The translations under genes and the position numbers were made by a program. From Gemmatimonadota bacterium (GTDB taxonomy: Bacteria; Gemmatimonadota; Gemmatimonadetes; Gemmatimonadales; GWC2-71-9), in contig JANMWE010000217.1 in the NCBI GenBank assembly GCA_031393795.1, positions 1 through 45,320 on the forward strand: a stretch of DNA of 45,320 bases, read 5' to 3'. The notes beneath the pieces are model-generated. The model was given only the letters and a program-made list of their open reading frames with translations. It did not search any database and had not been told where the DNA came from. Shown piece after piece: positions 25,970 through 37,740 of this stretch. Numbering within the stretch: position 1 is the first letter of the stretch; every line of letters begins with the position of its first letter.

Positions 25970-27294
25970 CCCAGCTCCTCCACACCCTGGATCGTCACCC
26001 GGTGGGACACGAGCGGCAGCAGGATCGGCGTCCCCGCCCCGATGGTGATCGCCTCCGCGAGGCAGCGCATCCCGGCATCGATCCCGGTCTGGTCCTTGGC
26101 GAAGATCGAGGCCAGCGGTTCCCCTGCTTCCACCTTGTCGCCAGGGCGGGCCGAGATCACGAACCCGACGCCCGGATCGACCAGATCCTCGACCTTGGAG
26201 CGCCCACCGCCAAGTTCGATCACGCCGTAGCCAACGCGCTTAGGTTCGACCTGGAGGACGATCCCCTGCTTCGGGGCGCGCCAGACCTCGACCATCGCCG
26301 CCTGCGGGAGGAGACCAGGATCTTCGAGGATGCGCGGGTCGCCCCCCTGCGCCTCGATCATCGTGGCGAACTTCTTCGCCGCCGAACCGTCCCGCATCGC
26401 CTTTTCGAGCCGTTGGCGCGCCTTGACGGCGTCCTTCTCCACCCCCGCCACCAGCAGCATCTCGACGCCGAGGGCGTAGGTCACTTCCATCAGGTCGGCG
26501 GGGCCGTGGCCTTGGAAGGCGTTGATGCACTCCTCGATCTCCAGCGCGTTCCCGCAGGCGCGCCCGAGCGGGCGGTCCATCGCGGTCACCAGAGCGACGG
26601 ACTTCACGCCGTGCCGGTCCGCGGTCTCGATCATCGTCTTCGCCAGCTCCAGCGAGCGTGCCAGCTCCGGAATGAATGCGCCGCTGCCGGTCTTCACGTC
26701 GAGTACCAGGCCGTTGAGTCCTTCGGCGAGCTTCTTGGAAAGGATCGAGGCCGTGATCAGGGGGATGGCGGGGACGGTGCCGCTCACGTCGCGGAGGGCG
26801 TAGAGCTTCCGGTCGGCCGGCGTCACCTCGGGGCTCGGGGAGAGCATCGCCACGCCGTTCTTCCGGACCAGCGCCTCCACCTCCCGGAGCGACAGCGCGG
26901 TCCTGAAGCCGGGGATCGACTCGAGCTTGTCGATGGTCCCCCCCGTGTGACCGAGCCCCCGCCCCGACATCATCGGGACGGCGACACCGCAGGTGGCGAC
27001 GAGGGGCGCAAGAATGAGGGAGACCTTGTCCCCGACCCCGCCGGTGGAGTGCTTGTCGACCCGCGGAGTGGCCCAGCCCTCGAACCGGAGCCGGTCGCCG
27101 CTGTTGAGCATCGCGTCGGTGAGGGCCGCAAGCTCCTCAGGAGCGAGTCCCCGCCAGACGACCGCCATCAGGAGGGCCGACATCTGGTAGTCCGGCACGT
27201 TCCCTGCTGTATAGGCCTCGATGAGGGACCTCCATTCCACCGGAGTGAGGGTCCCCCCGTCGCGCTTGCGCTCGATGAGGCTTGGTATGACCAT
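25966..27294 (-). CDS. deoA: Thymidine / pyrimidine-nucleoside phosphorylase
   Basis: IERKRDGGTLTPVEWRSLIEAYTAGNVPDYQMSALLMAV, VDKHSTGGVGDKVSLILAPLVA, SGRGLGHTGGTIDKLESIPGF. Confidence 0.9.
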   Translation of the reverse strand: MVIPSLIERKRDGGTLTPVEWRSLIEAYTAGNVPDYQMSALLMAVVWRGLAPEELAALTDAMLNSGDRLRFEGWATPRVDKHSTGGVGDKVSLILAPLVATCGVAVPMMSGRGLGHTGGTIDKLESIPGFRTALSLREVEALVRKNGVAMLSPSPEVTPADRKLYALRDVSGTVPAIPLITASILSKKLAEGLNGLVLDVKTGSGAFIPELARSLELAKTMIETADRHGVKSVALVTAMDRPLGRACGNALEIEECINAFQGHGPADLMEVTYALGVEMLLVAGVEKDAVKARQRLEKAMRDGSAAKKFATMIEAQGGDPRILEDPGLLPQAAMVEVWRAPKQGIVLQVEPKRVGYGVIELGGGRSKVEDLVDPGVGFVISARPGDKVEAGEPLASIFAKDQTGIDAGMRCLAEAITIGAGTPILLPLVSHRVTIQGVEELG

Positions 27295-27341
27295 TAGAGC
27301 GTTCCCTTACGCAATATCGATCCCCGGAGCGGGAGTTCCCA

Positions 27342-28121
27342 ATGCGACGTACCGCACTCGCGTTCGTCCTGGCCATCGGTGCCGTCATGCCGGCCGCCGC
27401 GCAATCGGTCCAGGACCACATCAACCTCGGCGTCCAGGCCGTGGACCAGCGCGATCTTCACGCTGCCCGGAGCCATTTCGAGGCCGCACTCGCGATGGAT
27501 TCGATGAATTACGAGGCCAACTGGCGCGGCTCCGACAACCTGGTGGACATCGGCAAGGAGACCGACGATGCCATCGAGAGCCCGGCGCGCGATGCGCTGT
27601 ATGCCAAAGCCGAAGCGTGGGCCCGACGGGCCGTGGCGGCCGACCCGAACGGGGCCGACGGACACTTCGCGCTGGCACAGGCGATCGGCCGCGCGTCGCT
27701 CACGATGGGCAAGAGGGAACGGGTCAAGCGGGCCAAGGAGATCCGGGACGAGGCGCTCAAGGCGGTGGAGCTCGATCCGAAACACGATGGTGCCTATCAC
27801 GTGCTCGGGCGGTGGAACGCCGAGATCATGCGACTGTCCGGGATCCAGCGCTTCTTTGCGAAGAGCTTCCTGGGGGGCGCGGTGTTCAACCAGGCCTCGT
27901 GGCCCAACGCCTTCCAGTATATGGAGAAGGCCGTCTCGCTCCGCCCCGACTACATCTATCATCACCTCGACCTGGCCGAGATGCTGATCGACCAGGAACG
28001 GTGGGCCGAGGCACGCACCCAACTGGAAGCGGTGGGGACGCTGCCGGTGACCGACGCGGCCGATCCGCACTACAAGACCGAGGCCGTACGGCTCCTGGCA
28101 TCGATCCGGAATCGTTCCTGA
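27342..28121 (+). CDS. Secreted TPR-like helical-repeat protein
   Basis: Signal peptide MRRTALAFVLAIGAVMPAAAQ. All-helical repeats. No catalytic motif. Confidence 0.6.
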   Translation: MRRTALAFVLAIGAVMPAAAQSVQDHINLGVQAVDQRDLHAARSHFEAALAMDSMNYEANWRGSDNLVDIGKETDDAIESPARDALYAKAEAWARRAVAADPNGADGHFALAQAIGRASLTMGKRERVKRAKEIRDEALKAVELDPKHDGAYHVLGRWNAEIMRLSGIQRFFAKSFLGGAVFNQASWPNAFQYMEKAVSLRPDYIYHHLDLAEMLIDQERWAEARTQLEAVGTLPVTDAADPHYKTEAVRLLASIRNRS

Positions 28122-28195
28122 ATTGACCCGCGCAAGGTAGCGCCCCGGGCCCCGCTCCGACAGGCGGGGCTCGGTCCTCTCCACCTCGATCTCCG

Positions 28196-31169
<2,974 letters not shown>

Positions 31170-31209
31170 AACCCCTTGCCGCCACCCCAGCCCCACTCTA
31201 ACCTTAGAC

Positions 31210-31758
31210 ATGCCTTCCGCTATCGCGATCGCCCACGGGGGCGTGACCATCCCCGCCGCTTCGCTGCACGTCCTCCGCCAGGCCCTGGAAGAGGGGGGGC
31301 AGGACGCGGCCGCGGTGATGCAGCAGGCGGGGTTCGCGGCCGGACCGGCGCTGCTCGGGGCGTTCAATGCCTGGCTCCATTCCGAGCGCGGGATCGAGGA
31401 CGCGGCGCTGCTCGACCGCGACCACCTGGACGATGCGCTTTCGGGCTTCTTCGGCCAGACCGGCTGGGGCACCCTGACCGTCAGCACCCTCGGCGGCGGA
31501 CTCCTCACCCTCGACTCCCCCGACTGGGCCGAGGCGATCCCCAACAGCACCGAGTGGCCGAGCTGCCTGCTCTCGACCGGGCTCCTGCCCGCCTTCCTCG
31601 GCGCCCTCGGCGGCCACTCCCTCGGCGCGATGGAACTCGAGTGCCGCTCACGCGGGGATCGGCGGTGCCGGTTCGTGGTCGGGGCCCCCGACAACCTGCA
31701 CACGCTCTATGAACGGTTGGCGCTGGGAATGAAGCTCGAGGATGCGGTCCGCGGATAG
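31210..31758 (+). CDS. V4R (4-vinyl reductase-like) domain protein
   Basis: ORF 31117..31758 trimmed to ATG 31210. The C-terminal pattern ELECRSRGDRRCRFVVG is typical of V4R small-molecule binding domains. Confidence 0.6.
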   Translation: MPSAIAIAHGGVTIPAASLHVLRQALEEGGQDAAAVMQQAGFAAGPALLGAFNAWLHSERGIEDAALLDRDHLDDALSGFFGQTGWGTLTVSTLGGGLLTLDSPDWAEAIPNSTEWPSCLLSTGLLPAFLGALGGHSLGAMELECRSRGDRRCRFVVGAPDNLHTLYERLALGMKLEDAVRG

Positions 31759-31802
31759 GCTCCGGAGGGGGTCGGTGCCTCACCCCGTGCCCCCCAGAAC
31801 GA

Positions 31803-31841
31803 CCTCACCCCCTGACCCCCTCTCCCTTGCGGGAGAGGGGG
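31803..31841 (+). repeat. Dispersed 39-nt hairpin repeat, copy 1 (possible terminator of the V4R gene)
   Basis: CCTCACCCCCTGA followed by the hairpin CCCCCTCTCCC-TTGC-GGGAGAGGGGG (31816-31841), then AACTTATTTCT. A near-identical copy lies in reverse orientation at 43695-43732. Confidence 0.55.
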
Positions 31842-31918
31842 AACTTATTTCTGAGGGGGTGCAACCATTCTTCCCATCCCCCCGTCCTACCGGACATCCC
31901 TGGTCCTTGGAGCCGAAG

Positions 31919-33001
31919 GTGCCCCGTAAGCACATCCGCCACACCGCATTGTCCCTGATCGTCCTGATCTCAGCTGCATCCATCCTCTTCGCCCAGACTC
32001 CCGAACGGGTGACCCTCACCGGGTCCCGGGTAGGGATCTGGAACATCGCGGGGAACGTCTCCGTGGGGGCCAGCACTGGCCGCGCGGTCGAGGTCTCGGT
32101 GACCCGTCGCGGTCCCGATGGCGCCAAGCTCACCCTGGCCCACGGTCCCATCGGCGGTCGCGAGACGTTGCGCGTGATCTATCCGGGGGACGAGATCGTC
32201 TACACCGACCGGACCCAGACGGGTGGCCGGTGGAGCACGGAGCTCCGCGTACAGGACAATGGGACCTTTGGGGGCGACGACTACGTCCGCGGTCGAGACG
32301 ACCACGGCCGGCGTGTCCGGGTGGCCAGCTCGGGAGACGGCACGGAGGCGTCGGCCGACCTCGACGTCCAGGTCCCGGCGGGACAGGAGCTCAGCATCTT
32401 CCTGGCCGTGGGGCAGGTCACCGCCCGCAACGTGAACGGGAAGATCCTCCTCGATACCCACGGCGCCGACATCACCGCCAGCGCGATGAAAGGAGACCTC
32501 TCGGTCGACGCCGGCTCCGGCGACGTGCAGGTGAACGGAATGGACGGACCACTGACCATCGACGTCGGTTCGGGCGATCTTACCCTCTCCGACGTGAGGG
32601 GGACCACGCTCGACCTCGACACCGGCTCGGGCGACGTGCGCGGGACCGGAATGGTCGCGGACGTGCTCAAGGTCGATACCGGCTCCGGCGACGTGCAGCT
32701 CGAGGGACTCACCGCGCAAAATGCCAAGATCGATGTTGGCTCGGGTGACGTGACGCTCAGCTGGATCACTGACCCGGGCGACGTGGACATCGACAGCGGC
32801 TCGGGCGACGTGACCCTCACCCTCCCCGGCAACTCCGGCGGCACAGTGGACCTCGAGAGCTCGAGCGGAGACATCGAGAGCGCGTTCGACATCTCCACGA
32901 CGCACATCGAGCGCGACGTGCTCCGTGGCACCTTCGGCGACGCCAAGGGACGGATCGGCGTGGAGACGGGGAGCGGGGATGTGCGGTTGATCAAACGGTA
33001 G
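31919..33001 (+). CDS. DUF4097-like beta-helical repeat protein (putative adhesin-type fold)
   Basis: ORF 31742..33001 trimmed to GTG 31919 (VPRKHIRHTALSLIVLISAASILFAQ, a signal peptide). It has seven D-x-GSGD[VL] repeats plus one SSSGDI, at roughly 20-aa spacing. Confidence 0.7.
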   Translation: MPRKHIRHTALSLIVLISAASILFAQTPERVTLTGSRVGIWNIAGNVSVGASTGRAVEVSVTRRGPDGAKLTLAHGPIGGRETLRVIYPGDEIVYTDRTQTGGRWSTELRVQDNGTFGGDDYVRGRDDHGRRVRVASSGDGTEASADLDVQVPAGQELSIFLAVGQVTARNVNGKILLDTHGADITASAMKGDLSVDAGSGDVQVNGMDGPLTIDVGSGDLTLSDVRGTTLDLDTGSGDVRGTGMVADVLKVDTGSGDVQLEGLTAQNAKIDVGSGDVTLSWITDPGDVDIDSGSGDVTLTLPGNSGGTVDLESSSGDIESAFDISTTHIERDVLRGTFGDAKGRIGVETGSGDVRLIKR

Positions 33002-33040
33002 ACGGGTAGCATTGCAACGGAACCGTCCCGAACGGAGAGA

Positions 33041-33067
33041 GGGACCTAGCTAGACCAGCTAGGTCCC
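33041..33067. terminator. Hairpin between convergent genes
   Basis: GGGACCTAGCT (33041-33051), loop AGACC, AGCTAGGTCCC (33057-33067). This is a perfect 11-bp stem. Confidence 0.5.
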
Positions 33068-33117
33068 TCGTCGTTGCACTCCTCGGGACGGCTCCGAGCT
33101 TTCGGCCGCCGGTCCGC

Positions 33118-34404
33118 CTACCCGCCTGAGACCACCGCCACCCCCTCCGCCACCATCGCCGGCAGGCACTGGCTTCCCCGCCATTCCACGTCCCGCCCGA
33201 TGCCGCGCAGGCGGCCGAGGAGCTCGTACGCGTTCCCGGCGATCACCGCTCCCTTCACCCGTCCCACGACCTCTCCCTTCTCCACCCGCCAGCCGAGTGC
33301 CACTGGAAGGGTGAATCCGCCGGCGGGGCCGACCACGCCGTCGTCCTCCAGCGATCCGACGATGAGCCCTTCATCCAGCATGCCGAGGAGCACTTCGAAG
33401 GCGTGCGGGCCCGGCTCCACGACCACGTTGCTCCACGCGGTGAGGGGCTTGCCGAAGGTGGTGCGGCGCGCGTGTCCTGTGGAGCGTGTGCCGGCCCGCG
33501 TGGCCGTTTCCAGGTCGTACAAGAATCCCCGGATCACTCCCGACTCCACCACCACGGTCCGGGCGCTCGGCACTCCCTCATCATCGAGGGGACGGGAGCC
33601 GGCCCGCGCGTCGAGTGTGGGATCGTCGACGATGGTGAGCCCGGGATCGAACACCCGTTCGCCGATCTTCTCGGCGAAGGGCGAAAGCCCGAGCAGGGCG
33701 GAGCGGCCGAGGAGCGCCGTCCTGGCCGGTGTGAGCAGGGCCGCGGCGGCACCGGGGAGGAAGCAGACCGGGAGGTGCCCGCGCGGGGCGGTCGCCTCGG
33801 TCGCCGACCAGGAGAGCCGGCGGCGTAATCCATCGACCAGCTGTTCGATCGCCTCGCCTTCGGGAAGGTCGGCGCCCGCGACGTGCGCGCGGAGGGTCGC
33901 CCCCTCCTTCGTCGTCACTTCGGCGAGGATGGCGACGAGGGAGGTCTCGTAGCCGGCGTCGAGCCCGGCACTGTTCGCCACCCGGACCGCGCCGACCCCC
34001 CGCTCGACCGCGACGTGCACCCGGCGCCCATCGGCGGCGAGACGGTCGGCCACCATCTGGCCCAGGAAGCGGAGCTCGTCGGCGGCGACGGCGGCGGCAC
34101 GCGGCACCCGCGTGAGCACGCGCGGCGTGGGCCGGGCCTCGGGGAGCTCCACTTCGGCGGGGGGACCCTGCTCTGCGGCGTCGAGGGCGGAGGCGACCAC
34201 CGCTGCCGCATCATCGTCGGTGGTACCGGCGACACCGACGCGGCCGTCGCGGAAGAGCCGGACGTTGACGCCCCTCTCGCGGAGGAGCGACGATCGGACC
34301 AGGACTCCGGCCGCCAATTCGAGGACGAGGGTCTCGTCCTGCTTGGCCACGAGGTCTCCGCGCGCGCCGGCCCGGTGGATCTGCTCGAGCAGGCGCGGGA
34401 TCAC
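33118..34404 (-). CDS. PmbA/TldE family protein
   Basis: ORF 33118..34554 trimmed to GTG 34404 (GTGA overlap with the tldD-like stop). TldD/PmbA (U62) fold similarity across its length. It is the expected partner position. Confidence 0.8.
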   Translation of the reverse strand: MIPRLLEQIHRAGARGDLVAKQDETLVLELAAGVLVRSSLLRERGVNVRLFRDGRVGVAGTTDDDAAAVVASALDAAEQGPPAEVELPEARPTPRVLTRVPRAAAVAADELRFLGQMVADRLAADGRRVHVAVERGVGAVRVANSAGLDAGYETSLVAILAEVTTKEGATLRAHVAGADLPEGEAIEQLVDGLRRRLSWSATEATAPRGHLPVCFLPGAAAALLTPARTALLGRSALLGLSPFAEKIGERVFDPGLTIVDDPTLDARAGSRPLDDEGVPSARTVVVESGVIRGFLYDLETATRAGTRSTGHARRTTFGKPLTAWSNVVVEPGPHAFEVLLGMLDEGLIVGSLEDDGVVGPAGGFTLPVALGWRVEKGEVVGRVKGAVIAGNAYELLGRLRGIGRDVEWRGSQCLPAMVAEGVAVVSGG

Positions 34405-35756
34405 GCGGTCAATCCTCCCACCTGGAGGTGGCGGATACGCACGTGGCCCGCGCCGTCGGTGACCGGCACCGCGCCATCGATGCCGCGGGCGCAGCGGCTC
34501 GCGGCGACGTTCCACTGAAAGTCCCCCGCCACGGCGTCGATGCCGCCGAGCCAATCGGCGCCGGGGCCGCGGACCACACAGTCGCGCACCGGCTCGGCCA
34601 GACGTCCGTCGCGGATCATCGCCGCTTCGCCCACCGTGAGCACCAGCCGTTCGCCGTCCCAGTTGGCACCGCGCACGTCGCTGACGTAAAGCCCGTTTCG
34701 GATCCCGGCGAGGAGGTCATCTCGGGTCCCTTCGCCGCGTGCGAGGTAGAAGTTGGTGACGCGGGCGGAGGGGAGGTGGCGGAACGAGGCGGCCCGTGCG
34801 CTCCCGGTAGGGGCCTCACCAGTGCGCCCGGCGCTCTGGCGTGAGTGGAGTCGCGCCACCACCACGCCCGACTGGACGAGGAGGGTGGGCTGGGCGGGAC
34901 TCCCTTCGTCGTCATAGGCGATCGTGCCGCGGAGGGGCGAAGCGCTGGCGTCGTCGCCCACCGTGAGGAAGGGACTGCCGATCTCGGCGCCGAGGCGGAG
35001 AGGCGCGGGGGAATCACCGTCGAGACGATGGGCCAGGGCGGCGTGGATCATCGTGCCGGCCGCGCCGGGATCGAGCACCACCGGCATCTCGCCCGGACGG
35101 GGGCGGCCGGCGCCGAGGAGGGCGATGGCGCGCGCGCCGACCGAGCGCGCCCACCCTTCGCGCCCCTGCAGGGCGTCCCAGCCGCCGCGCACCGCGAGGG
35201 AATCGACCGCGCGCGCGGTGAGCCCTTCCTCGCGCGCCACCGCGACCAGGGAGAAGGTCCCTTCGCTCCGGAGATCGTGGATGCGGCTCCCCTCGCTCGA
35301 TGCGTACCACCGCTCCACAACTTCATCGCGCACCGCGAGCTGGAGATCAACGATGCGGCGGTCCATTCCGTAGAGCTCTGCCACCAGGGTATCGAGGAGG
35401 CGGCGGCGCTCGGCGACAGGGACCGCACGGAGATCCTGAGCGGGGGCGTGGGCGAGGTCGAGCTCGCGCGCGGGGACGGGCGCGAGTCGGGGGGCGGGAT
35501 CGGCCTGGACCGCGAGGGCGAGTTCCCAGGCGCGAGTGACCATCTCGCCCAAGCGGTCGAACCCGGTGAAGCTCACGCTCCCCCACCCACGACCGTGCAC
35601 GAGACAGCGGACCACGCCCCCGGCGTCGCGGGCGTGGGTGAGTCCTTCGACGCGGCGGCCGCGGGCGGCCGCGGTGCCTGCCCAGGCGCGCTCGCACCGG
35701 ATGTCGGTGAAATCGGCGCGACTGCTCTTGAGGGCCTCGCTCAGCTGATCGAGCAT
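34401..35756 (-). CDS. tldD: TldD family protein (HExxxH replaced by HAxxxH)
   Basis: ORF 34401..35876 trimmed to ATG 35756. It aligns by eye to E. coli TldD: GEMPVVLDPGAAGTMIHAALAHRLDGD versus [27 protein letters not shown]. The C-terminal Cys (SRCARG) and the ...LQVGGLTA end are retained. Confidence 0.85.
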   Translation of the reverse strand: MLDQLSEALKSSRADFTDIRCERAWAGTAAARGRRVEGLTHARDAGGVVRCLVHGRGWGSVSFTGFDRLGEMVTRAWELALAVQADPAPRLAPVPARELDLAHAPAQDLRAVPVAERRRLLDTLVAELYGMDRRIVDLQLAVRDEVVERWYASSEGSRIHDLRSEGTFSLVAVAREEGLTARAVDSLAVRGGWDALQGREGWARSVGARAIALLGAGRPRPGEMPVVLDPGAAGTMIHAALAHRLDGDSPAPLRLGAEIGSPFLTVGDDASASPLRGTIAYDDEGSPAQPTLLVQSGVVVARLHSRQSAGRTGEAPTGSARAASFRHLPSARVTNFYLARGEGTRDDLLAGIRNGLYVSDVRGANWDGERLVLTVGEAAMIRDGRLAEPVRDCVVRGPGADWLGGIDAVAGDFQWNVAASRCARGIDGAVPVTDGAGHVRIRHLQVGGLTA

Positions 35757-35764
35757 GAACGGGG

Positions 35765-35792
35765 GTGCGACGTGCGAGGTGCGAAGTGCGAT
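35765..35792. repeat. Solo heptamer array (GTGCGAN x4)
   Basis: GTGCGAC GTGCGAG GTGCGAA GTGCGAT, located 9 nt upstream of the tldD start. I found no convincing inverted partner arm. Confidence 0.45.
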
Positions 35793-35808
35793 GGGAGACG
35801 AGGCACCC

Positions 35809-36369
35809 TCACCCCTGCGCCAACCGGTCGGCGTAGTCGGGGCGGACGACGAGCTTTCCCTTGGAGAGGACTTCACGGTCCCAGGGGAGGACGATGAACG
35901 ACGCGGTGAGGAAGGCCTCGTAGTCGGGGCGCCAGGTGCCGGTCTGTATCGCCACCGCGGTGCGGACCTCCTTGGGACGCAGGGCCTCGACCTCCCGGAC
36001 CGCCAGCCGCATCGTCTCGCCGCTGTCGCAGGTGGCGTCGACGATGAGCACTCGGCGCCCCTTGAGGGTGGCCGGCGGGCCGCTCACGAGCACCGGCGCC
36101 TGGCCCTTGCCGGGACGGGCCACCGACATCGAGGCGAATTCACGCTGAAGGATGGACGCGACCACGACGCCGGGGATCGCGCCGGCGCGGACGATGCCGA
36201 GGACCACTTCGGGGTCGAAATCGCGCGCCACCTTGAGGGCGAGGGCCCGGCAGAGCTCGCCGAAGAAGGGCCAATCGACCTCGAGGGTGGCCTCGGGGCC
36301 TGCGACGCGACGCGCCGGGGACTTGGGCGCGGCCTTCCTGGTCTTGGGGCTCGTCTTGCGTGCAGGCAT
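35809..36369 (-). CDS. Phosphoribosyltransferase (type I PRTase) family protein
   Basis: ORF 35809..36867 trimmed to ATG 36369. PRPP-binding loop RVLIVDATCDSGETM. Basic Lys/Pro-rich N-terminal tail. Confidence 0.7.
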   Translation of the reverse strand: MPARKTSPKTRKAAPKSPARRVAGPEATLEVDWPFFGELCRALALKVARDFDPEVVLGIVRAGAIPGVVVASILQREFASMSVARPGKGQAPVLVSGPPATLKGRRVLIVDATCDSGETMRLAVREVEALRPKEVRTAVAIQTGTWRPDYEAFLTASFIVLPWDREVLSKGKLVVRPDYADRLAQG

Positions 36370-36465
36370 CGGGGGCTCCGGAGGGACGTGGAGGGAGTGT
36401 ACCGTGGGCTCCGACCGGGGGCAACTGCGTTGCCCAAGTCGATGCCCTGCTATAACTTCCGAACT

Positions 36466-36921
36466 ATGAGCCTGTGGCGGAAGCTGTTCGGCGGCGACGA
36501 TGCGACCAACGGTGGTGCGCCCACCCGCGGCCATCGACTCGACTATCAGAACGAGGCCCTCGCGCTCGAACGGCAGGGGGATTTCGAGGGGGCCCTGACC
36601 TCCTATCGCCTCGCGCTCCGCGGTGCCCCCACCGATGTCCGCCTGCTCCAGAACGTCGCGATCCTCTACAGCAAGACGGTCCAGCCGGAAGAGGCGATCC
36701 GCTACTACCGGAAAGCGCTCGACATCGACCGCGAACTTCCCGGCGCGCACTACGGGCTGGCGTTCCTCCTGGTGCGCCGCGGGTCGAACGCCGAGGCGGC
36801 GGAGCACCTCCGCGAGTTCCTGGCCCGACCGCTGAAGGGGGCCGACGCCGAGAAGTGGATCCGTCACGCCGAGGGGACGCTCCGCGAGATCGAATCGGCG
36901 CAGGCGGGGGGGGAGGCGTGA
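36466..36921 (+). CDS. Small TPR-repeat protein
   Basis: ORF 35755..36921 trimmed to ATG 36466 (MSLWRKLFGG...). TPR-like repeats (EGALTSYRLALRGAPTD..., EEAIRYYRKALDIDRELPGAHYGLAFLL). Confidence 0.6.
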   Translation: MSLWRKLFGGDDATNGGAPTRGHRLDYQNEALALERQGDFEGALTSYRLALRGAPTDVRLLQNVAILYSKTVQPEEAIRYYRKALDIDRELPGAHYGLAFLLVRRGSNAEAAEHLREFLARPLKGADAEKWIRHAEGTLREIESAQAGGEA

Positions 36922-37598
36922 GGCGGCGCCTCCAGGTGATCGCCGTCCTGCTCTTGGCGGCGGCGTGCAGCAAGCTCGGCCCGAGCGGGACGCCGGTGGC
37001 GATCGAGTTCCTGGTCCCGGTGCCGGCCGCGGTGGACATCGGCGACACCATCCAGCTCCGCGCGCGGGTGCTCGACACCAATGGTGACAGCATCGCAGCG
37101 ACGATCCGGTGGGTGACCCCCGACACCACCGTGGGGGTCGACAGCGTGACCGGACGGTTCTGGGGCCTCAAGGGGACGACCGGCAGGGTCCAGCCGGTGG
37201 CGGGATCACTGCTCGGCAATCCGACGCCGTTCGCGGTGCGTCGTCGAGCGGACACTTTGATCATCTCCCCGACCGCCGAGTCGCTCGTGGTGACGTTGGC
37301 GACCGATACCGCGTCCGTGGCGCTGACCCCGAAGGTGGCCAAGGCCGACACCGGGATCGCCGACCAGACGCTCGTGTTCACCCTGATCGCGCCGACACCG
37401 GCGGGCATCCGTCTGAGTGGGGACGTCACCACCCGCACCGTGACCACAGGGAGCACAGGCGAACCGGGGATCCCCGTCCGGGTCCGGAAGCTCACCGCCG
37501 TGGCCGGTGACAGCGCGATCGTGCGGGTCGAGGCCCGCCGCCCGAGCGGGGCCGTGGTGCCGGGGTCGGGGCAGGTCATTCGGGTCTTCTTCCAGTAG
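36918..37598 (+). CDS. Putative lipoprotein with Ig-like (Big_2-like) repeats
   Basis: ORF 36474..37598 trimmed to GTG 36918 (GTGA overlap). VRRRLQVIAVLLLAAACSK is a signal peptide ending in Cys. The body is beta-rich (IQLRARVLDTNGDSIAATIRWVTPD). Confidence 0.55.
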   Translation: MRRRLQVIAVLLLAAACSKLGPSGTPVAIEFLVPVPAAVDIGDTIQLRARVLDTNGDSIAATIRWVTPDTTVGVDSVTGRFWGLKGTTGRVQPVAGSLLGNPTPFAVRRRADTLIISPTAESLVVTLATDTASVALTPKVAKADTGIADQTLVFTLIAPTPAGIRLSGDVTTRTVTTGSTGEPGIPVRVRKLTAVAGDSAIVRVEARRPSGAVVPGSGQVIRVFFQ

Positions 37599-37614
37599 GT
37601 CCAGATCGCTCAAC

Positions 37615-37708
37615 ATGGCTCTTGGCTGTTGGCTACTGGTGGCTCCCGGCACCGACGCCATCGATTCAGTGATCCACCAGAAGCCAATAGCCAACAGCCC
37701 GCAATAGC
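37615..37708. repeat. Heptamer-armed palindromic element (TTGGCTR type)
   Basis: The left arm is ATGGCTC TTGGCTG TTGGCTA CTGGTGG (37615-37642). The right arm is CCACCAG AAGCCAA TAGCCAA CAGCCCG CAATAGC (37674-37708). The loop is 31 nt. Confidence 0.6.
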
Positions 37709-37740
37709 TTTCACCACGCACTCCCGAACCGGAGCCACCC

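Noticed and set aside
32400-32900. A repeated DNA motif GGCTCCGGCGACGTGCAG and similar.
   Set aside because: It is fully explained by the GSGDV protein repeats of the DUF4097-type beta-helix. It is in-frame and is not an independent DNA element.
33118-36369. TldD/PmbA plus the adjacent PRTase as a microcin/RiPP maturation locus.
   Set aside because: No short precursor-like ORF, ABC exporter or immunity gene is adjacent. TldD/PmbA pairs are common housekeeping genes. Only the HAxxxH substitution is kept as a finding.
36430-36468. A possible leaderless mRNA for the small TPR gene: TTGCCC ... TATAAC ending 9 nt before the ATG, with no SD.
   Set aside because: The spacer between the hexamers is only 15 nt, and the evidence is a weak consensus match only. 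This is not enough to report.
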